A stretch of DNA of 36,788 nucleotides from positions 1-36,788 of the IMG/VR virus record IMGVR_UViG_3300045988_157219, one strand, 5' to 3'. A model generated the notes under the pieces. It was not told the DNA's origin and made no database searches. It saw nothing but the letters and a program-made list of their open reading frames with translations. This DNA comes from a virus. Of the stretch, positions 32,472-36,788 are shown piece by piece (the first letter of the stretch is position 1; each line of letters starts with the position of its first letter). The translations under genes and the position numbers were made by a program.

Positions 32472-32894
32472 CTATATGAGGCCAGCCAGCTTGTCGCGGA
32501 GGTCGTCGAGCACCTGTGGCGGGTGGCTGGGAGGTTTAGCCGGCCAAATAGGGCCCATAGCATCTGCTGCCCAGCGCGGCACCAGATGCACATGCAGGTG
32601 AGGGACGGTTTGGGTTGCTGCCGCCCCGCTGGACTGGATGATGTTTAGCCCATCCGGGGTGACAGCCGCACGTAGCGCCGCGGCAACCCGCAAGACGGCG
32701 CGAGATAGGTGCGCAGCTGTTTGCTCCGGCAGCGCCCAAATATCGGGTATGTGCCGACGGGGAACCACCAGGGTGTGGCCAAGAGATGCCGGTTGAAGTG
32801 GGAAAAACGCCACGGCATGGTCGTCGCGGTAGACTTCTCGCGCCCGGCCCTCCCCCATAATAATTGCGCAAAATGGGCATGAAGGATTTGTCAT
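32472..32894 (-). CDS. HIT-family (Hint-like) nucleotide hydrolase/transferase
   Basis: N-terminal CPFCAI and histidine triad VPHLHVHLVPRW (H codons 32586-32600). The TAATG overlap couples its start to the tail tube gene stop. Confidence 0.8.
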   Translation of the reverse strand: MTNPSCPFCAIIMGEGRAREVYRDDHAVAFFPLQPASLGHTLVVPRRHIPDIWALPEQTAAHLSRAVLRVAAALRAAVTPDGLNIIQSSGAAATQTVPHLHVHLVPRWAADAMGPIWPAKPPSHPPQVLDDLRDKLAGLI

Positions 32895-33442
32895 TAGGGC
32901 ACGGTAATGCCTGCGGGCAACTCGGGGATGACTTCCTCGTAGCCCTCAAGGAAGGAGTTTTCAAACTCCCAGCCGTCCAGGTTCTGGTCGTCGAGGGTGG
33001 CGCGCTTCGCCGGCGACGCCAAGGTCGTTCGAGGGCAGTAGAACGCCATCTTGGAAGCACCATCATCGAACCGGCAGAAGAAGGCAAATTCTTCACCAAG
33101 CCCAAGCTCGGCGACATAGAGATCACCCTTCTTAGTGATCTTGCCGCCCTGCAGGCGGGTCAACAGGGCCGCCTTGCTGTTGTCGACAGCGCGGAACTTC
33201 ATGCCGCTCTCTAGAGCATCGCGGATGATCTTGTAGATGGCATTGCGCTTGTTCCAGATCTTCTTCTTGGTGACCTGCTGCTCAGCAGTCACCTCAATGC
33301 CTGCCTCGATGCCACCGTAGGCGTCCCATCCGGTGAGGGTAGCAGCAAACGGGTCGGTGGGCATGGCGGTGCCTACGGGGGCGCGGAAAGCGTCGCCGTC
33401 CAGCCACACGTGGGCTTTTTTGGAATCAGCATAATCAGACAT
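32894..33442 (-). CDS. Major tail (tube) protein
   Basis: 182 aa, positioned after the tail terminator and before the chaperones. Confidence 0.7.
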   Translation of the reverse strand: MSDYADSKKAHVWLDGDAFRAPVGTAMPTDPFAATLTGWDAYGGIEAGIEVTAEQQVTKKKIWNKRNAIYKIIRDALESGMKFRAVDNSKAALLTRLQGGKITKKGDLYVAELGLGEEFAFFCRFDDGASKMAFYCPRTTLASPAKRATLDDQNLDGWEFENSFLEGYEEVIPELPAGITVP

Positions 33443-33456
33443 GATTCACTCCTTTG

Positions 33457-33912
33457 TTAGATTGTGCGCCTGCGCAGGTGAACGCCAATGCGAACGGGCG
33501 CGTAATAGATGATTCGGTCGAGCCCCCGGCCTTTGTCTTCCAGTTGGATGGGGCCGTCCACCCAGTGAGCTGACCAAGCGTGGGTGTCATCAACGATGAT
33601 ATTTTTCGCCCTGGCCATTAACTCCCCGGCGCGGGTGGCGAGGTTCCATGCGGTGATGTCGGGGTCTTCGGGGATGCGGGAAACGTCGGGTCGGGGCACC
33701 CAGGAGGTGATTTGGATGAGTACCCGGTGCAGCCTGGGGTCGCCGCCCTGGTGCCCCACGGCTTTGACTGTGACGTGGGGTTTGGTAAGAGGGTCGGGGA
33801 CCTCCCGGCAGGTGACGGCACCACCGCGTAGCAGGCGAACAAATTCGGCGTCAGCCAGCAGATGTTTGCGTACCTCTCCGGGGATGTAGGCGGTGGGGAT
33901 TATGGCGCTCAT
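33457..33912 (-). CDS. Tail terminator / tail completion protein
   Basis: 151 aa in the standard position, with an ATGA overlap with the upstream gene. Confidence 0.55.
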   Translation of the reverse strand: MSAIIPTAYIPGEVRKHLLADAEFVRLLRGGAVTCREVPDPLTKPHVTVKAVGHQGGDPRLHRVLIQITSWVPRPDVSRIPEDPDITAWNLATRAGELMARAKNIIVDDTHAWSAHWVDGPIQLEDKGRGLDRIIYYAPVRIGVHLRRRTI

Positions 33913-34214
33913 CGGGGCCTCATGCCTCGGTAGCGGCCGAATCGCATGGCGGTGCCGGTGAGGACGGCGTGGGCGGGGGTATCGGCTGTCCCGTATTCTT
34001 TATGGATTGCGAGCTCGTCGTTGTCGACAACCCGCACTATAGTGCCCCGGGTGCTGGTGCCGATGCCGTCACGGTAGGTGCCGGTGAGGACGGGAGCGAT
34101 AGCTTTAGCTTGGCTGGCTATCTCCTGGGCGATTTTCTTTCGGGCCGGCACTGTTTGGCGCCGCAGCTCGCGGAGTATTCGGCGCCGGTACAGGGTGAGT
34201 TTCGCTTTCGCCAC
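33909..34214 (-). CDS. HK97 gp10-like head-tail joining protein
   Basis: GTG 34214 behind AAGGAGGA. Sequence MAKAKLTLYRRRILRELRRQ...APVLTGTYRDGI. Confidence 0.6.
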   Translation of the reverse strand: MAKAKLTLYRRRILRELRRQTVPARKKIAQEIASQAKAIAPVLTGTYRDGIGTSTRGTIVRVVDNDELAIHKEYGTADTPAHAVLTGTAMRFGRYRGMRPR

Positions 34215-34419
34215 TGGGGTCCTCCTTTGCTTCCTTCTCAGCCGCTTCGGCGGCGCGGGCGGCTTGTTTCTTGCAGATGTCGGCGAGGTGGTGGGGGCTG
34301 CCGGCCGCGGTGTAGAAGGGATTGCCGGCGTCGTCGGTGCCGTGGTAGATGCCGTCGTGGACGCCTTCCTCCTCGGGCAGTAACTGCTCGGCCTGGGTGG
34401 CGGGGATGGTTTCGGTCAT
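34105..34419 (-). CDS. Small acidic hypothetical protein (104 aa); the last ~110 nt overlap the next gene out of frame
   Basis: Track ORF trimmed to ATG 34419 (ATGA overlap). Sequence MTETIPATQAEQLLPEEEGVHDGIYHGTDDAGNPFY... Confidence 0.45.
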   Translation of the reverse strand: MTETIPATQAEQLLPEEEGVHDGIYHGTDDAGNPFYTAAGSPHHLADICKKQAARAAEAAEKEAKEDPSGESETHPVPAPNTPRAAAPNSAGPKENRPGDSQPS

Positions 34420-34796
34420 GGTTGTTCTTTCTCCTTTGCTCTGCGGACTCGTGCCGCAATGTAGTCGGGTGGCCGGCCTGGGATGCCGCGGGCGATGCCG
34501 TCGCTGATGCACTGCCACACCCGGCCGTCGGGACCTGCGAATTCGTCTTTGGCGGTGATGTCGAGGTCGGCCGCAGCGGTGCCTGTGGGGGCGAACATGA
34601 CGAGGCGTTCGTCGCGGATACCGCCGGTGGGTGTGGTTTCTTGCATGCCGGTCCAGTAGGCCTCTTGGACGAGGCCGGTGCCGGCGATGGGTTCGTAGGT
34701 GGTGGCGATGATTTCCCCGGTGATGGGGTCGTCACGGGTGGTTGTTTGCCGCCGATACTGCCACCCTGGCTGGAAGAGGACACGAGGGGTTAGCAT
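34416..34796 (-). CDS. Head closure / head-tail adaptor protein
   Basis: 126 aa in the conserved position between the connector and gp10-like genes. Confidence 0.55.
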   Translation of the reverse strand: MLTPRVLFQPGWQYRRQTTTRDDPITGEIIATTYEPIAGTGLVQEAYWTGMQETTPTGGIRDERLVMFAPTGTAAADLDITAKDEFAGPDGRVWQCISDGIARGIPGRPPDYIAARVRRAKEKEQP

Positions 34797-35194
34797 CGGT
34801 CCTCCGGCAGTGTAGGCGCCGCTTTGCGACGGATGCTCCAGGCACCCTGGGCCAGCTGCGGGGACAGCAGGACGATCTCATCGGTGGTGAGCCACAGCCT
34901 TGAGCCTTGCCCTAGGCCGCCGTCGGTTTCCCATTGCATGGTCACTTCGGGGTAGGCCAGCTGGGTGAGTCCACCCCGGTCCTCCTTTGCGATGGCGCGG
35001 GTCACCATGTCCTCCACGACGCCGGCAACAACCTCGGCGCTGAGCCGGTGTTGTTGGATGCGGGTAGGGATGCTGGGGAACCGCTGGAGAATAATACTTT
35101 CTGCCCGTTCGATAAGGCGTTTCGCTTCCTCCAGGCGGGTGCCGTCGAGGTGTGGCCACAGGGTTTTGGGGTCAGCGGTGAGCCAGGTGGCCAT
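34790..35194 (-). CDS. Head-tail connector (gp6-like) protein
   Basis: 134 aa in the conserved position. Confidence 0.55.
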   Translation of the reverse strand: MATWLTADPKTLWPHLDGTRLEEAKRLIERAESIILQRFPSIPTRIQQHRLSAEVVAGVVEDMVTRAIAKEDRGGLTQLAYPEVTMQWETDGGLGQGSRLWLTTDEIVLLSPQLAQGAWSIRRKAAPTLPEDRC

Positions 35195-35199
35195 GGGGG

Positions 35200-35502
35200 T
35201 TACTCCTCCGCTGGTGGGGTGGCTGCGGTGACTGCCGCGATGATTTCGGCTTTGGTTTTGCCTTTGACGTCGATGCCGAGCTGAACAGCTACGGTGACCC
35301 AGTCGGCTTTCGGGGCGCCATCGGCTGGCAGCTGGATTGGCGTCTCCTGCGGCGTGGTAATTTCCTGGTCGAGGATGACATAACCTTGACGCCGGTAGTA
35401 GTCCAACCGGTCGTCGGGGACGTCGGTGCAGACGCCGCCGACGAACAGGTCAGCGCCGATGGGGCCGGTGTAGCCCTCGACGGGGGTTTTCACGATGGCC
35501 AT
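35200..35502 (-). CDS. Small head-associated protein with a C-terminal HeH/SAP-like motif
   Basis: 100 aa directly after the capsid gene, with KADWVTVAVQLGIDVKGKTKAEIIAAV. Confidence 0.5.
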   Translation of the reverse strand: MAIVKTPVEGYTGPIGADLFVGGVCTDVPDDRLDYYRRQGYVILDQEITTPQETPIQLPADGAPKADWVTVAVQLGIDVKGKTKAEIIAAVTAATPPAEE

Positions 35503-35504
35503 GA

Positions 35505-36482
35505 TTAGGCCCCGATCTTGACGTTGCGCAGCACCGCGGCGGCCCGGGTGGACTTAAGTACCGGGGCGACCGGCCCCAACTCTACTTCGCCACGCTTCAC
35601 GGCACCGGAGGTGCTGAAGTCGGGCAGCCAGGTTCGCAGCATTTGGCCATCGGTAGTGGTCACGCCGTGGAAACCGTCTAGGCCGATGCGTACGGCATAG
35701 ATGCTGGTCTTGCCCGCGGTCACGGGGACTATCGGGTCGTTTGTGCCGGCTTTCTCGCCAGCATCCGCCAGGATGACGTTGCCGAGCATTTCCCGGGTGA
35801 TTTCATGGCCACCCGCACCCAGCAGCCCCTCGACCGGCTGTTGCGTGTAGAGGTTGGCCCGGCGCGCTGCTGCCCGGATCTTCGCCAGCACACGCTTGTT
35901 GCAGAGCAGCAGGGTGGGCGGGCCGTCCAAGGCGCCGAGGAGTTCGTCCAGGTCATCGAGGATAGCCAGCGCGGTGTCGGCGGTGGTGAGGGCAGTCCAG
36001 TCTTTCTCCCCCGTGGCGTTCAGCTCGGTCACGGAGTCCTTCAGCGCCTTGTCCAGGCCATCAAACCCCTTGACGTCGACCGCGGTGTCGCCGGTGATGA
36101 TCGCGTCGTTAAACTTGGCGTTCGTGGCTTTGATGAGCTGGGAGGTCTGCAGTGCGACTTCATCGCTGGCTGCGGGGCCGAGGTGGGCGAGCACCCGGTC
36201 CACCTCAAACGTGCCGCCCAGCGGTTTGAGCTCCACGCTTTTCTTGACGGTCTTGACCTCTTGGGGGGTGTATTCTTTGCCGATTTCGCGGAATTCGGCA
36301 CCCCGCTGGGTGACTAGCCGCCGGTAGCCGTATTCGAGAGTGGCGCCACCACCTGCGGGGTTGACTGCAGTATCGAAGATCAAGGCGTCTAGCAGCGGGG
36401 AGTTTTTGCGAAACTCGTCGATGATCGCCGGGTCGTAGTCTTCTAGGGTGTTGAGTTTGGCGTCTGCCAGGGTAATAGGCAT
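35505..36482 (-). CDS. Major capsid protein
   Basis: 325 aa, directly downstream of the scaffold gene, with composition and size typical of HK97-fold capsid proteins. Confidence 0.85.
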   Translation of the reverse strand: MPITLADAKLNTLEDYDPAIIDEFRKNSPLLDALIFDTAVNPAGGGATLEYGYRRLVTQRGAEFREIGKEYTPQEVKTVKKSVELKPLGGTFEVDRVLAHLGPAASDEVALQTSQLIKATNAKFNDAIITGDTAVDVKGFDGLDKALKDSVTELNATGEKDWTALTTADTALAILDDLDELLGALDGPPTLLLCNKRVLAKIRAAARRANLYTQQPVEGLLGAGGHEITREMLGNVILADAGEKAGTNDPIVPVTAGKTSIYAVRIGLDGFHGVTTTDGQMLRTWLPDFSTSGAVKRGEVELGPVAPVLKSTRAAAVLRNVKIGA

Positions 36483-36500
36483 AGCGAGCCTCCTTATTTT

Positions 36501-36788
36501 TTATGTGATGTTGTAGTGGTTACGGAGCGCTTCGGTGAGGCTGCGGGGGGCCGGCTTGCCGCCGGCGTGTTGCCCTTGGGAGGGGTCGACTGGTGGCTCG
36601 CCTAGCGCCGCGGCTAGGGCCTTGGCATCAGCGGCGAGTTCTTCCGGGGTTGAGCCCTGAAGCCGACCGGCTAGGTCAGCAGGCAACCCCACAGTTTTCA
36701 GCGCCTTAGCAACTGCCGCCTGGCGGTGTTGTTCGGCGATCTGTGCTTCCAGAGCCGCCACGCGGTCTTGGGCTGTTTTGAGGTCTGC
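36501..36788 (-). CDS. Capsid scaffolding protein, 3' portion (5' part is at 418..1)
   Basis: The frame of track ORF 36501..36761 stays open to the window end. The sequence VAALEAQIA is shared with the copy at the window start. Confidence 0.8.
   Translation of the reverse strand, partial: ADLKTAQDRVAALEAQIAEQHRQAAVAKALKTVGLPADLAGRLQGSTPEELAADAKALAAALGEPPVDPSQGQHAGGKPAPRSLTEALRNHYNIT
36734..36788. repeat. Terminal overlap copy 2 (identical to 1-55)
   Basis: Direct comparison of the two window ends. Confidence 0.95.

Larger units (their letters stand above)
1..36788. mobile_element. Complete temperate siphovirus-type phage / excised prophage genome, circularly permuted in this window
   Basis: All expected modules are recognisable: HNH+TerS+TerL, portal, MuF, scaffold, capsid, connectors, tail tube, G/GT, tape measure, Dit/Tal/fibre, endolysin+holin, integrase+attP, and a repressor/ImmA/Cro-like switch. 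The window ends overlap by 55 nt. Confidence 0.9.

Noticed and set aside
33969-34793. 274-aa plus-strand ORF with an RRRCRGRCRRGR tract
   Set aside because: It is a shadow ORF opposite the connector/gp10-like genes, with low-complexity Arg/Gly/Cys sequence and no start context.
1-36788. CRISPR arrays, rRNA, transposase/IS elements, reverse transcriptase (retron/DGR)
   Set aside because: I found no regularly spaced direct repeats, no rRNA-like segments and no ORF with transposase or RT motifs. The only tandem repeats are (CCGAC)x4 and short coiled-coil-encoding repeats.

Overview
The window is a complete, circularly permuted genome of a temperate siphovirus-type phage or excised prophage. The host is probably a high-GC Gram-positive (Actinomycetota-like) bacterium, judged from the WhiB-like gene, the GC content and the Pro/Ala/Arg-rich shadow ORFs. 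Bases 1-55 are repeated exactly at 36734-36788, giving a unique length of 36,733 bp. The linear break falls inside the scaffolding-protein gene.

Minus strand, in transcription order:
- A Cro-like gene, then an early operon (13607 down to 7834) containing an excisionase-like HTH, small hypotheticals, a RyR-like protein, a WhiB-like protein and an HNH-domain protein.
- A 425-bp intergenic region with a terminator.
- The late operon: HTH protein, structured leader, HNH, TerS, a TerL split into two frames, portal, MuF-like protein with a C-terminal HELGH domain, a small ORF, scaffold (spans the junction), major capsid and connectors.
- Tail genes: tail tube, an inserted HIT-family gene, G/GT chaperones with a U7 slippery site, and a 2066-aa tape measure with an embedded NlpC/P60 domain.
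- Dit, Tal-like, minor tail and fibre genes, a two-domain endolysin, a holin and a membrane protein.

Plus strand:
- A lysogeny module (13653-18081) with a leaderless CI-like repressor, an ImmA-like HExxH peptidase, a two-gene membrane cassette and a tyrosine integrase.
- attP, carrying the 3' part of tRNA-Arg(ACG).
- A strong operator-controlled promoter driving two tiny membrane peptides and a second excisionase-like HTH.

No CRISPR array, rRNA or complete tRNA was seen.

The best candidate for an undescribed system is the low-GC cassette at 14795-16756, between the ImmA-like gene and the integrase. It encodes a 508-aa protein with a cytoplasmic HIRAN-like domain, one TM helix and a small extracytoplasmic domain, plus a Pro/Gln-rich two-TM protein. 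It sits in the slot where prophage-encoded defence or exclusion genes are usually found.

Other leads are the MuF-HELGH effector with a possible immunity ORF, the HIT gene coupled to the tail tube gene, the split terminase, and a 143-nt element closed by a perfect 17-bp stem upstream of the HNH gene.

All domain calls are motif recognition by eye. No database search was run.
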